DNA of 60,057 nt from an uncultured Muribaculaceae bacterium (lineage in GTDB: Bacteria; Bacillota_I; Bacilli_A; RF39; UBA660): positions 1 through 60,057 of the forward strand of contig CAYVPV010000003.1 in assembly GCA_964453925.1 (NCBI GenBank). The letters are read 5' to 3'. The notes under the pieces are model-generated. The model ran no database searches, was not told the DNA's origin, and worked only from the letters and a program-made list of their open reading frames with translations. The translations under genes were made by a program, and so were the position numbers. Position 1 is the first letter of the stretch, and each line of letters opens with the position of its first letter. Below are positions 17,146 to 27,367 of this stretch, piece after piece.

Positions 17146-17955
17146 ATGAATCCAATTGCTATAAACGTAGGGCCACTAACAATAACGTGGTATTCAATAT
17201 GTATTTTATTAGGAATTATTTTAGCGGGGGTAGTAATTAATAAGGAAGCAAAGAAGTATAACATACCTACCAGCTTTGTCACCAACCTAGTATTTTGGTG
17301 TGTTGTTTTTGGACTTTTAGGAGCAAGGGTATATTATGTATTATTTAATTTGGATTATTATACCTCATCTCCTCTTGAAATAATAAAAATATGGAATGGA
17401 GGTCTTGCTATTCATGGTGGCATGATAGCAGGTATAATAACTCTGATAGTTTATTGTAAAAAGTATGGTGTTAATATCTTAAAAATGACTGATGTTGCTG
17501 TTCCAGGGCTTATTCTAGCACAAGGAATAGGAAGATGGGGAAACTTCTTTAATAGTGAAGCTCATGGCGGTATTGTTACAAAAACCTTCTTAGAAAATTT
17601 ACATTTACCTGATTTTATTATTAATGGCATGTATATTGGTGGACACTACTATCATCCCACGTTTTTATATGAATCAATATTTTGTATAATTGGGTTTTTT
17701 GTATTATTTGGCTTTAGAAGCTTTAAGAATACAAAATTAGGCAATACTACCGCGGTTTACTTAATCTGGTATGGTATATTAAGATTCTTTATCGAATCAC
17801 TTAGAACCGATAGTTTAATGTTGGGTAGTTTAAAGATGGCTCAAATTGTATCAATTGTTATGATAATATTAGGTTTTGTGATATTTATAATAACTAAATT
17901 AAAATGTAAAAACTATGATGAAGTAGGAGCTAAAGAATATGAAATTAAATGCTAA
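17146..17955 (+). CDS. lgt: Prolipoprotein diacylglyceryl transferase
   Basis: GGLAIHGG and GRWGNFFNSEAHG signature; polytopic membrane protein. Confidence 0.95.
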   Translation: MNPIAINVGPLTITWYSICILLGIILAGVVINKEAKKYNIPTSFVTNLVFWCVVFGLLGARVYYVLFNLDYYTSSPLEIIKIWNGGLAIHGGMIAGIITLIVYCKKYGVNILKMTDVAVPGLILAQGIGRWGNFFNSEAHGGIVTKTFLENLHLPDFIINGMYIGGHYYHPTFLYESIFCIIGFFVLFGFRSFKNTKLGNTTAVYLIWYGILRFFIESLRTDSLMLGSLKMAQIVSIVMIILGFVIFIITKLKCKNYDEVGAKEYEIKC

Positions 17956-18853
17956 CTATGATGTTATTATAATAGGTGCGGGGCCAGCCGGTATGACTGC
18001 GGCAATTTATCTTAAAAGATCAGGTATAAATCCTCTTATTCTAGAAAAAAGTGCACCTGGTGGAACTTTAAACAAAACCTATAAAATAGAAAATTATCCA
18101 GGATACGTTGATAAAGATGGTACTACGCTTGCTTTTAGAATGTATAGTCAAATAGAAGAGCTAGGAATAGATTTAAAAGTTGAAACAGTAAAAAACATTG
18201 AAAAAGAAAACAATATATACAAAGTAATAACTGATAATAATAAATATCAAACTAAATATATTTTAATATCAACTGGTAAAATACCAAAAAAACTAGATAT
18301 TAAAGATGCAGAAAAATTTGAAGGTAAAGGTATATCTTATTGTGCAGTATGTGATGGCGCATTATATAAGGGCAAAGATGTAGTCATAGTAGGTGGAGGG
18401 AATTCAGCGATGGAAGCAGCATCTTACATGAGTAATATTGCAAATAAAGTGTATATAGTTAATAGAACTTCAATTTTAAGAGCTGATAAAAAGGAACAAG
18501 ATGATGTTATTAAACAACCTAATATAGAAGTAATTTTCAATAGTAATGTTGTGGAAATTTTAACAAAGGATAATGAGATAACCGGCGTTAAATTAGATTG
18601 TGGAAAAGAACTAGTAGTTAATGGTATTTTCGTTTGTATAGGTCAAGATTCTAATCAAGCATATTATCAAAACCTAAATATTAAAACTGATGAAGCTGGG
18701 ATTATCGTGGATAAAAACATGAAGACAAGTAGCGATAATGTATATGCCTGCGGAGATGCTATTAGTAAAGAATTATATCAGGTTGTTACTGCAACAAGTG
18801 AAGGAGCTATTGCAGCAACTAGCATAATAAGAAGTATAAAGAAAAATAATTAA
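17939..18853 (+). CDS. trxB: Thioredoxin-disulfide reductase
   Basis: GAGPAG FAD motif, redox CAVCDG, GGGNSAMEAA NADPH motif. Confidence 0.95.
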   Translation: MKLNANYDVIIIGAGPAGMTAAIYLKRSGINPLILEKSAPGGTLNKTYKIENYPGYVDKDGTTLAFRMYSQIEELGIDLKVETVKNIEKENNIYKVITDNNKYQTKYILISTGKIPKKLDIKDAEKFEGKGISYCAVCDGALYKGKDVVIVGGGNSAMEAASYMSNIANKVYIVNRTSILRADKKEQDDVIKQPNIEVIFNSNVVEILTKDNEITGVKLDCGKELVVNGIFVCIGQDSNQAYYQNLNIKTDEAGIIVDKNMKTSSDNVYACGDAISKELYQVVTATSEGAIAATSIIRSIKKNN

Positions 18854-18881
18854 TAAGTATATAAAAAAAGTTATTATCTAG

Positions 18882-19454
18882 TTAATTCTCGATTAATAAC
18901 TTTTTTATTTTCTGTACTACTTTTTTATTAATTGATTTAACCCAGTCTATTACGTCATCATTATATGTTGATTCTAAATCAACCCATTTTACATCTTTGT
19001 TTTCATCTTCCTGTATTCTTATTTTTTTCATGTCTTTATCAGGACAAGTTAGTAAGTACATAACATCGAAATGAGTGTGGGCCGAAACGTACTTTCCTTT
19101 TCTTACGTGCCCTTTAGCTGGTAAGCATTGAATTGCAAAGATATCGTTTACTAATGGTTTTACTTTTAATCTTGTTTCTTCGTAAACTTCTTTGATTGCA
19201 ACATGTAATAAATCATTATCACCATCTGCGTGTCCACCTGGAAATATGTATCCCTCATAAATATTATGGTAAAGCAATATTGCTTTTGATAAACTCTCAT
19301 TAACTACGAAGGCTGAAGAAGTTATATGACCGATAGTATTCTTTCTTGTTAAAGTGTTTTTAAAGTTCTTTAAAAAGGTAATCCAATTTTTTTTATCCTT
19401 GTTTTCCTGTTCGTTGAATGGAATATAATTTTGTATTTCTTTTTTTATGTTCAT
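18882..19454 (-). CDS. NUDIX hydrolase
   Basis: Nudix box GGHADGDNDLLHVAIKEVYEETRL. Confidence 0.85.
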   Translation of the reverse strand: MNIKKEIQNYIPFNEQENKDKKNWITFLKNFKNTLTRKNTIGHITSSAFVVNESLSKAILLYHNIYEGYIFPGGHADGDNDLLHVAIKEVYEETRLKVKPLVNDIFAIQCLPAKGHVRKGKYVSAHTHFDVMYLLTCPDKDMKKIRIQEDENKDVKWVDLESTYNDDVIDWVKSINKKVVQKIKKLLIEN

Positions 19455-20165
19455 AATTTTTAATCCTTATTATTATTTTATTCTTTTTTTTAATTTCTTT
19501 AATAAAATTTGGTGCTTTGCTTGATTCTTTATCAATAAAATTTTTATATGTATTGTTAACTAAGTTACACTTGCTTAATTCTTCAAGATATTTAATATCT
19601 ACTTGATTCTCAAATGAAAAATCAAAAAGATTTAACATATCGTAAAAATTTTGTTTTTCTACATTGGAAAATTTTCCTGCTTCAATTAATTGTAAAATAT
19701 ATATATCTTCTGGAATATCAATTATTCTTTCCATTGTTAAATGACGATTATTATGCAAATAAGCTTTATATTGATTTCTAGTTAATAATAAATATCTAAG
19801 TTTGTTTCCATAATCTATTTTAAAAACAGTTTGGTTTATAAACTCACTGTGGCATAGTTTATCTATTAATTTATGTTTTTCTTCTTTTGTTAACTCTGAT
19901 TCTTTTTCTAATTGGTATCTTTGATACGCTCCTTCATCGGTAAAAAATACCTCATTAGGTTTAAAAATTTTTTTCTCAGCTAAACTTTGGTAGTCTTCGA
20001 AAAAAGCTGGTTAAAGTATGGGTCAGTATAAATTTCAGTTGCAATAATCCATTTTTCTTCATTTATTTTATCCATCAGTTCTTTTTTATAGTCATATATT
20101 TCTTTGGCATTGGGCATAACTTTATAAATTTCTACTTTATCTTTGTTTTTATTATATATATACAT
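19393..20165 (-). pseudogene. Hypothetical gene (about 250 aa) disrupted by a 1-nt frameshift in a homopolymer
   Basis: ORF 20165-19980 (…EIYTDPYFNQLF) and the frame open from 20010 to 19393 (PAFFEDYQSLAEKK...) join if one base is added to the A6 run at 20000-20005. SD AAGGAG lies before the ATG at 20165. Confidence 0.6.
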
Positions 20166-20395
20166 ACTAATTTATTCTCCTTTTTTGTATTTAAATAAGA
20201 CAGAAGGTCTAAATCCTCCTCTTTTAACTGATTTATTGGTTGCTACAACTTTGTTTGCGATAACTCTTCTAAATGCTGAATTAATTAATTTTTTACCCAA
20301 TCTTTTATTTAAATAGTAATTAGATAGTATAACTGCTCCCTTTTATTAGAAAAATCAATTATATAATAAACTCTTATAAAAAACACCTGGATATG

Positions 20396-20424
20396 TTGAA
20401 AAAGGAAACTTTATTTGATATAAT
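20396..20424 (+). promoter_or_regulatory. Sigma-A type promoter of whiA
   Basis: TTGAAA, 17-nt spacer, TATAAT. Confidence 0.6.
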
Positions 20425-20448
20425 CTTAATGATAAGGAAAGTGATAGT

Positions 20449-21381
20449 ATGACATTTTCAAGTAAGATAAAAAAAGAAGTAAGTACAACGGAATGTACCA
20501 GAGCTGAATACTTATCAGAATTATCTGGTATCATTAGAACAAGTGCCGAAATAAAAATATATAATATTAAAATTCAAACTGAAAATAAATTTGTTGCAAA
20601 CAGAATATTTGGTTTATTTAAAATTTTATATGATATAAATTTAAACATTTCTTTAAGAAAAAACTATAATTTTAAAAAGAACGAAATATATGTTTTAGAA
20701 CTAAAGAAAGATACTTTGAAGGTCCTTCATGATTTAGGAATAGTTAACGATAAAAATCAATTACTTAGAATACCAAGTGAGTCATTATTATCCGATGAAG
20801 AATTAAGAAGAGCGTATTTGAGAGGGGTGTTCATGGTATCTGGTAGTTTAAATGATCCTAAAACGTCCAGATATCATTTGGAGTTTCTTATAAACGACAC
20901 TGAATATGCGAATTTTTTAAATAGTCTTCTAAGGGAAAATAATTTAAATAGTAAGATATTACACCGAAAAAAAGGTTACATGATATACATTAAAGAAGCC
21001 GAAAAGATAAGTGACTTTTTAAGATTGATAAGAGCGTATAACGGTGTTATGTACTATGAAGAAATAAGGGTTTATAGGGAAAAAATAAACATGACCAACC
21101 GTCTTAATAATTGTGAACAAGCTAACGTTGAAAAGATGGTTGCAACATCTAATAAATTAATATCAGAAATTAATTTTATTAAAGAAAAAAACATGTATGA
21201 TTTACTTGATGAAAAAGTAAAACAAAGCGCTGAATATAGGGTTAGATACCCAGAAACATCCCTTTTGGAGTTAAGTAAAATAATGACCTTAGAAACTGGT
21301 TCAAATATAAGTAAATCATGTCTAAATCATAGATTCAGAAAAATAAAAGAATTTGCGGATAAAATAAGAAGGCAAAATTAA
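20449..21381 (+). CDS. whiA: DNA-binding protein WhiA
   Basis: N-terminal FSSKIKKEV...AELSGIIR, a degenerate LAGLIDADG middle region, and a C-terminal HTH (SKSCLNHRFRKI). Confidence 0.9.
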   Translation: MTFSSKIKKEVSTTECTRAEYLSELSGIIRTSAEIKIYNIKIQTENKFVANRIFGLFKILYDINLNISLRKNYNFKKNEIYVLELKKDTLKVLHDLGIVNDKNQLLRIPSESLLSDEELRRAYLRGVFMVSGSLNDPKTSRYHLEFLINDTEYANFLNSLLRENNLNSKILHRKKGYMIYIKEAEKISDFLRLIRAYNGVMYYEEIRVYREKINMTNRLNNCEQANVEKMVATSNKLISEINFIKEKNMYDLLDEKVKQSAEYRVRYPETSLLELSKIMTLETGSNISKSCLNHRFRKIKEFADKIRRQN

Positions 21382-21470
21382 TCCAATAAACACTTTTAAA
21401 AATACCTTTTTTTTGATAGAATGGTATTGTTAAATTAATAATAGAGAAGTAGCAGAAAGAAGTGAGGCAA

Positions 21471-22265
21471 ATGGGAAAAACAATAGCTTTAGTAAATCAA
21501 AAAGGTGGTGTTGGTAAAACTACCACTAGCATCAACTTAGCCGCTTCATTAGGAGTCCAAAATAAAAAGGTTTTACTAATAGATTTAGATCCTCAAGGAA
21601 ATGCATCAACTGGTGTAGGAATAAATAAGGGGGATGTGGATAAAAGCATTTATGATTTATTACTAGGAAGATGCACTGTTAATCAAGCAGTTGTAAGAAC
21701 AAATTTTAAAAATTTAAGTATTATTCCTGCAACAATAAACTTAGCAGGTGCTGATATAGAGTTAATAGAAAAAGCAAAACAAGATCCTAATTTTCAAAAA
21801 AATATGCAACTTAGGATAGCGTTATCGCCAATAGTAGAAGAGTATGATTTTATAATAATTGATTGTCCACCATCACTTGGACTTTTAACAACTAATGCGC
21901 TTACTGCTGCTAACTCTGTTTTGATTCCTGTTCAATGTGAGTTTTTTGCGTTAGAAGGAATTATGCAACTTTTAAATTCAATTATGTTAGCACAAAAAAA
22001 GCTAAATCCTGGATTAGAAATAGAAGGTGTTTTACTTACTATGTTAGATTCTAGAACTAACCTAGGATTAGAAGTTGTAGAAGAAATAAGAGGATTTTTT
22101 AAGGAAAGAGTATATAATACTTTGATTCCTAGATTAATAAGATTAACCGAAGCACCATCTCATGGTAAACCAATCGTAGCATATGATCCTATGAGTCGCG
22201 GTACTGAAGCATACCTTAATTTAGCAAAGGAGGTAATTGAACAAAATGAAAGAAGAGAACAATAA
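21471..22265 (+). CDS. parA: ParA/Soj chromosome partitioning ATPase
   Basis: MGKTIALVNQKGGVGKTTTSINLA deviant Walker A; DCPPSLG. Confidence 0.95.
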   Translation: MGKTIALVNQKGGVGKTTTSINLAASLGVQNKKVLLIDLDPQGNASTGVGINKGDVDKSIYDLLLGRCTVNQAVVRTNFKNLSIIPATINLAGADIELIEKAKQDPNFQKNMQLRIALSPIVEEYDFIIIDCPPSLGLLTTNALTAANSVLIPVQCEFFALEGIMQLLNSIMLAQKKLNPGLEIEGVLLTMLDSRTNLGLEVVEEIRGFFKERVYNTLIPRLIRLTEAPSHGKPIVAYDPMSRGTEAYLNLAKEVIEQNERREQ

Positions 22266-23133
22266 AAGAAGAGCACTTGGAATGGGGCTTGAACAATTAT
22301 TTAATTCTGAAATGCTAGATCTTGATCAAGTTGAAGAAAAAATAGTTAATGAAACGCCAAAGGATGAAATAGTGGAAATTAATTTAAGTGAATTAATGAG
22401 TAACCCATACCAACCTAGAAAGGTATTTGATGAGGAAGCTTTAAAAGAACTTTCACTTTCTATTAAAGAACATGGTGTATTTCAACCAATAATAGTAAAA
22501 AAAAGTGTTAAAGGTTATAATATCATAGCTGGAGAAAGAAGAGCAAAGGCATCAGAATTAGCGGGCCTTACTAAAATACCAGCAATTATAAGGGATTTTA
22601 CGGACGATGAAATGATGCAAGTTGCTTTACTTGAAAACTTGCAAAGGGAAAATTTGTCTGCTATAGAAGAAGCTAAAGCATATAAATCAATAATAGAATC
22701 ACTTAGGTTAACTCAAGATGAACTTGCTAAAAAACTCGGTAAATCAAGAAGCCATATAACTAATATGTTAGGTCTACTTCGATTACCATTGTCAGTGCAA
22801 GATATGGTTTTATATGGTAAAATATCAATGGGGCATGCAAGGGTTTTAAGCAAATTAGAAAACCATGATCAAATAGAAGAATTGGCAAATAAAATTACAA
22901 ATGAAAATTTAAGTGTTAGAGATTTAGAGCAATTAACTGAGGCCAATACTTTTGTAAGAAGTACTCCTGTTTTAAAAAGTAAAAAATCTAAAGAATATAA
23001 ATATGTAGAAGAAGCTATGAAAGAAAAATTAGGAACAAAGGTATCTATTTCTGGAAATAAAATAAAGATTTCATTTGTTACTAAAGAAGATTTAAATCGT
23101 ATTCTTGAGATTTTAAATATAGAAGTAGAATAG
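22237..23133 (+). CDS. parB: ParB/Spo0J partition protein
   Basis: RRALGMGLEQLF, NPYQPRK, IAGERRAKASELAG, and the HTH LTQDELAKKLGKSRSHITN. Start is 22237 (TTG) or 22246 (ATG). Confidence 0.95.
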   Translation: MNKMKEENNKRRALGMGLEQLFNSEMLDLDQVEEKIVNETPKDEIVEINLSELMSNPYQPRKVFDEEALKELSLSIKEHGVFQPIIVKKSVKGYNIIAGERRAKASELAGLTKIPAIIRDFTDDEMMQVALLENLQRENLSAIEEAKAYKSIIESLRLTQDELAKKLGKSRSHITNMLGLLRLPLSVQDMVLYGKISMGHARVLSKLENHDQIEELANKITNENLSVRDLEQLTEANTFVRSTPVLKSKKSKEYKYVEEAMKEKLGTKVSISGNKIKISFVTKEDLNRILEILNIEVE

Positions 23134-23143
23134 GAGCGTTGTT

Positions 23144-23950
23144 ATGAAAATCTTTGGTTTAACAATTGCAAAAGAAATATACATGACAATTATAATTATA
23201 GTTTTAGCGTTTGTGGCTGAAAAAGTATTAAAAGGAATAGTAAAAAAAACTTTTAATCCTACTCAAAAACATAAAAAAATTGATGCTAGAAAGGTAAGTA
23301 CTATTAGAAGTCTGTTATGCAGTATAATAAAATATGTTATATGGATATTTGCTTTGTTATCCTTATTAGCAACTTATGGTGTTAATACGGCAGCCTTAGT
23401 AACTGGGCTTGGTGTAATAAGTTTAGTCATAGGTCTTGCCTTTCAGGATATTTTAAAAGATGTTTTAGTTGGTACATCAATACTTTTTGAAAATTGGTAT
23501 GCTATAGGTGATTTAGTAAAAATCGGTGATTTTACTGGAACTATTATTTCTGTGGGGTTAAAATCAACTCGTATTCAAGCTTACAGTGGAGAAATAAAGA
23601 TAATTTCTAATAGAAATGTTAGTGAAGTTATAAATTATAGTTTAGATAAAACTTTAGCAGTTGTAGATATCCCAGTTAGTTATGAAACAAAGTTAGATAA
23701 GGCAGAAAAAATATTAAAATTAACTTCTGCAACATTAAAAGAAAAAATACCGTCCTTAATTGAAGAACCCGAAGTATTAGGAGTACAAGAACTAGCAGAT
23801 TCTTCAGTTGTGTTTAGAATCACTGGTAAATGTAAGCCTGCTAAACATTTTGAGGTAGAAAGGCAAATGAAAAAAGAGTTTAAAAATACTTTAGATAAGA
23901 ATGGTATAAAAATTCCATATATGCAAATAGAGGTTCATAATGAAAAATAA
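23144..23950 (+). CDS. MscS-family mechanosensitive channel
   Basis: TM3/beta-domain pattern GLAFQDILKDVLVGTSILFENWYAIGDLVKIGDFTGTIISVGLKSTRI. Confidence 0.85.
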   Translation: MKIFGLTIAKEIYMTIIIIVLAFVAEKVLKGIVKKTFNPTQKHKKIDARKVSTIRSLLCSIIKYVIWIFALLSLLATYGVNTAALVTGLGVISLVIGLAFQDILKDVLVGTSILFENWYAIGDLVKIGDFTGTIISVGLKSTRIQAYSGEIKIISNRNVSEVINYSLDKTLAVVDIPVSYETKLDKAEKILKLTSATLKEKIPSLIEEPEVLGVQELADSSVVFRITGKCKPAKHFEVERQMKKEFKNTLDKNGIKIPYMQIEVHNEK

Positions 23951-24134
23951 TTATGGTTTAAATCAGATTGTTGAAATGAAAAAGAATCACCCCTGTGGGT
24001 GTAATAAATTTAAAATTATTAGAGTTGGTGTAGACATAAAAATAGAGTGTACCAATTGCGGTAGAACTATAATGCTGCCAAGAATAAACTTTAATAAAAA
24101 AATAAAAAAGGTGTTGGAGGTGCAAGATGATTAA
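23940..24134 (+). CDS. DUF951 family protein (YyzM-like)
   Basis: HPCGCNKFKIIRVGVDIKIECTNCGR pattern and conserved position upstream of ychF. Confidence 0.75.
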   Translation: MKNNYGLNQIVEMKKNHPCGCNKFKIIRVGVDIKIECTNCGRTIMLPRINFNKKIKKVLEVQDD

Positions 24135-25668
24135 TGCTAAAAAATTAAAAAGGTCATCACATCCAGTAATGTTCTTTATATATATGTCATTATTGGTTAT
24201 TGTAATAAGCGGTATAGCAAACGCTTTAAATTTTCAGGTTACTTATGATAAATTAACAACAATAGCTGGTGAAGTAGAATCAACAACTATTGCGATTAAT
24301 TCATTACTTAGTTTAGATGGTATTAAGTTTTTGATGACTTCTGCTTATGATAATTTAGCTTCTTTTGTACCTTTCGGTTCATTGCTTATTGCAGCAATTG
24401 CTTTTGGCATAGCATTAAAATCAGGATTCCTAAAAACTATATGTAATAAAATTAATAAGAGTATACCTAAGTTTATAGTTATATTTGTATACTCATTAAT
24501 ATGTATAATAGCAAGCATAGATAGTAATGTAGGTTATGTATTGTTATTACCGCTTGGTGCAGTATTATTTATGTCAATGAATAGAAATCCAATTGGTGGT
24601 TTAGCTTTAGGATTTGCATCTATTGCTGCAGGACATGGTGCAGGTTTATTTATAACATCATTAGATTATAATTTAACTAGTTATACAGAGGCAAGCGCAA
24701 AATTGCTAGATGGGGAATATACCTTGCTACAAAGTAGTAATTTAATATTTATAGTTGTTGCAACGTTATTTATTGCGGCGATTTGTACATTTATAACAGA
24801 AAAAATAGTTGCTAGAAAACTTGGAAGAAATCAAATTGAGGAAGAAGAGGAATATGTATTAGAAGAATCTAAAGAAAAGAAAGGATTAATTGCTGCATTA
24901 ATTGCAACTGTTATATGTTTAATACCTTTAGTACTTATGCTTATTCCTGCAAAAGGAGATAGTTTCTTAGGGTTATTATTAGATAAATCTCAAGATGTGT
25001 ATTCAAAAATGTTATTTTCTAATGATGCGTTACTGATGACTAATTTAGTTGGAATAATTTCCTTTATATTTGCACTACAAGGTTTTGTTTTTGGGGTTAC
25101 AACAGGAACGATAAAGAAAATAAGAGATATGGTTAATTTTTCAACTGATTACCTAAAAAGTATTGGAGGTATATTTGTACTAATATTTTTTGCTGCACAA
25201 CTTAATGCACTAGTTGCTGAATCTAATCTTGGAATTGTTGTTACAGGAGTTTTATCAAATATAATTTCATCTTCTGACTTTTCATTTATCCCATTAATAT
25301 TACTTATTTTTGTATTTTCAATGGTTGCTAATGTATTATTACCGGGTTCTGTTGCAAAATGGTCAATTTTGGCACCTAACATAATGCCTGCGGTAATGAA
25401 AGCAAATATTTCTCCAGAATTCGCGCAAATCGTATTTAGAGCAGGTGATTCGATTACTAACGTAATAACCCCTTTATTTACTTACTTTGTTATATTTATT
25501 GGCTTTATAGAGGTATTTACTAAAAATAAAAATGACTTTAGTATAAGAGGATGTTATAGAGTTATTTTGCCATATTTTATAGGAATAGCGTTAATATGGT
25601 TAATAATGATAGTTTGTTGGTACATAATTGGATTACCAATAGGGCCAGGAATATATCCTACTATTTAA
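24127..25668 (+). CDS. AbgT-family transporter
   Basis: 513-aa polytopic protein with AbgT-like segments (LLPLGAVLFMSMNRNPIGGLALGFASIAAGHGAGLF). Confidence 0.75.
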   Translation: MINAKKLKRSSHPVMFFIYMSLLVIVISGIANALNFQVTYDKLTTIAGEVESTTIAINSLLSLDGIKFLMTSAYDNLASFVPFGSLLIAAIAFGIALKSGFLKTICNKINKSIPKFIVIFVYSLICIIASIDSNVGYVLLLPLGAVLFMSMNRNPIGGLALGFASIAAGHGAGLFITSLDYNLTSYTEASAKLLDGEYTLLQSSNLIFIVVATLFIAAICTFITEKIVARKLGRNQIEEEEEYVLEESKEKKGLIAALIATVICLIPLVLMLIPAKGDSFLGLLLDKSQDVYSKMLFSNDALLMTNLVGIISFIFALQGFVFGVTTGTIKKIRDMVNFSTDYLKSIGGIFVLIFFAAQLNALVAESNLGIVVTGVLSNIISSSDFSFIPLILLIFVFSMVANVLLPGSVAKWSILAPNIMPAVMKANISPEFAQIVFRAGDSITNVITPLFTYFVIFIGFIEVFTKNKNDFSIRGCYRVILPYFIGIALIWLIMIVCWYIIGLPIGPGIYPTI

Positions 25669-25759
25669 GCATACTCTTTACTTTTTACTTTACAAAAATT
25701 TATTTTAAAATTTGAATAAATATTACTATTATATATAATTATAATAAAGGTGATATTGT

Positions 25760-26356
25760 GTGAATAATAATGATAATATAAAAAATACTAATAATATGTT
25801 TGATTTTAAAAAGCAAAGTATTATTTTGTTATTAAATCAGTTAGAACAAAAAGGTATTATAAATAATACTAAAGATAAAGAAAGTTTATTTACTGTTTAT
25901 AATAACGATAAAAGGGATCTTTATATAATTTTTGAAGAGATAAAAAAACTTACAAAAGTTGATGTTCAGAAACTTATTAATAACTTAAAGCAAGAAAAGA
26001 AACCGGTTCCCAATAAAATATCACTAGATAATATAACAGATTTTAAAAATGAAAAGACTGGTAAAAAATATATTTCCATACATCTGCCATATCCAGAAGA
26101 CAAAGTAAAAGTAGTAGAAAATTTATCAGATAAATCAGCACAAGAAATATTTGAAGAAAGCAAGGATAAAGATGGATTAATTAGCGTTGATGGTTTTGTT
26201 TCTACAATAGATGTTTATCAGCAGCAGGTACAGCCAGATAAAAACGAAGTTAAAATGTATAACGTAACAGAACTTGCTAAAAGAGGAGAATTTAATAAAC
26301 TTTCCTATGATGGAAAGAAAAATGTTATAGGGCTTGTTACTACAATAGTTAATTAA
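25760..26356 (+). CDS. Hypothetical protein (N-terminal part of a gene interrupted by an in-frame TAA)
   Basis: GTG start 4 nt after AAAGGTGA. The ORF ends at TAA 26354-26356, but the same frame stays open to 26704. Confidence 0.55.
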   Translation: MNNNDNIKNTNNMFDFKKQSIILLLNQLEQKGIINNTKDKESLFTVYNNDKRDLYIIFEEIKKLTKVDVQKLINNLKQEKKPVPNKISLDNITDFKNEKTGKKYISIHLPYPEDKVKVVENLSDKSAQEIFEESKDKDGLISVDGFVSTIDVYQQQVQPDKNEVKMYNVTELAKRGEFNKLSYDGKKNVIGLVTTIVN

Positions 26357-26467
26357 CTATCTGGAATTAATGATGAGCAAAGAAGAAAATTAAGAAATAC
26401 ATCTATAGATGAACTAATTAAATTACTTAACAAGGATGTTTTAATTTCACCTGATGAAAATATAGTA

Positions 26468-26704
26468 ATGATATGTACTCCAAATATGCCACAAGAAGAT
26501 AAGATAATGACGGTTACTCAAGATGAAAAAGGTGAATATAAATTAACATCTTTAAATGCTAATGGTTATGAATATGTAGGTAAAGTAGATGAAACTAAGC
26601 AAGATGATGAAAATGAATTAAATGAAGAAAAAGCTAAAGATAAAGAAGTGTTTGGAGTTTCAATGAGAAAAAAAGCTCCTTGGGAAAAGAAGAAAGCTTC
26701 ATAA
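26468..26704 (+). CDS. Hypothetical ORF, probably the C-terminal remainder of the preceding gene
   Basis: It is in the same frame as 25760-26356. There is no SD before its ATG. The frame is open from 26357. Confidence 0.3.
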   Translation: MICTPNMPQEDKIMTVTQDEKGEYKLTSLNANGYEYVGKVDETKQDDENELNEEKAKDKEVFGVSMRKKAPWEKKKAS

Positions 26705-26721
26705 GAAAGAGGATGTTATTG

Positions 26722-27291
26722 ATGAAAGATAATAAATTTTATGTTGATATGTTTAAAAATAGTTTTGGAATAATTCTGTCTTATGGTGAAGATAGTTCTA
26801 TAATTCCAGTAGGAGTATTTAAAGCTAACAGGTTTTTAGATACTAGTAAAATACCTTATGAAGAAGGAATGTCCAATTTAAATAATACTATAGTTGAATT
26901 AGTAAGAGAAGAATTAGAAGCAAAACAAAATAAATCAGATGATAGAATATACATTCCAATAAAAAGATTATTTGAAATATACCCAAATGATATTGCGGAT
27001 TCAAATAAAAAAGAACTTTACTCTGATTTTGGAATAGAAGCTTACCTTGAATCTTTACAAGTCTTTGAAACATCTATAGCCAATTATTTAAAAGAAAAAC
27101 CAGATAGTTTTACAGAAGCTAAATTTAAAACGTTAGATGAAGTAGAAGCAACTTATGTGTCAAATGGAGTAGTTATGGGAAATAACTATAGTGTTATGCC
27201 TTATTCTTTGGGGAAAATATTAAGAAAAAAACTTATTAAAACTCCGCGTTATGAAGACAACCAAGATTATTCAAAAACTTATCATCGTTAA
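26722..27291 (+). CDS. Hypothetical protein
   Basis: I prefer the ATG at 26722, 8 nt after AAGAGGA, over the listed 26680. No family recognised. Confidence 0.55.
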   Translation: MKDNKFYVDMFKNSFGIILSYGEDSSIIPVGVFKANRFLDTSKIPYEEGMSNLNNTIVELVREELEAKQNKSDDRIYIPIKRLFEIYPNDIADSNKKELYSDFGIEAYLESLQVFETSIANYLKEKPDSFTEAKFKTLDEVEATYVSNGVVMGNNYSVMPYSLGKILRKKLIKTPRYEDNQDYSKTYHR

Positions 27292-27296
27292 TAAAA

Positions 27297-27333
27297 ATAA
27301 AAGAACAATAAAATTTTATTGTTCTTTTATTTT
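27297..27333 (+). terminator. Rho-independent terminator
   Basis: Perfect palindrome AAAAGAACAATAAAA/TTTTATTGTTCTTTT followed by T-rich sequence. Confidence 0.85.
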
Positions 27334-27334
27334 A

Positions 27335-27343
27335 TGCTATAAT
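27335..27343 (+). promoter_or_regulatory. Extended -10 element of the ychF promoter
   Basis: TGcTATAAT lies 25 nt upstream of the ychF ATG. Confidence 0.5.
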
Positions 27344-27367
27344 ACCAAAAGAAGAAGGAGTGATAAT

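Noticed and set aside
20172-20300. Highly basic 42-codon minus-strand ORF as an independent small gene.
   Set aside because: It has a TTG start without an SD. It may be the remnant 3' end of a lost gene. It is kept only as a note in the frameshift finding.
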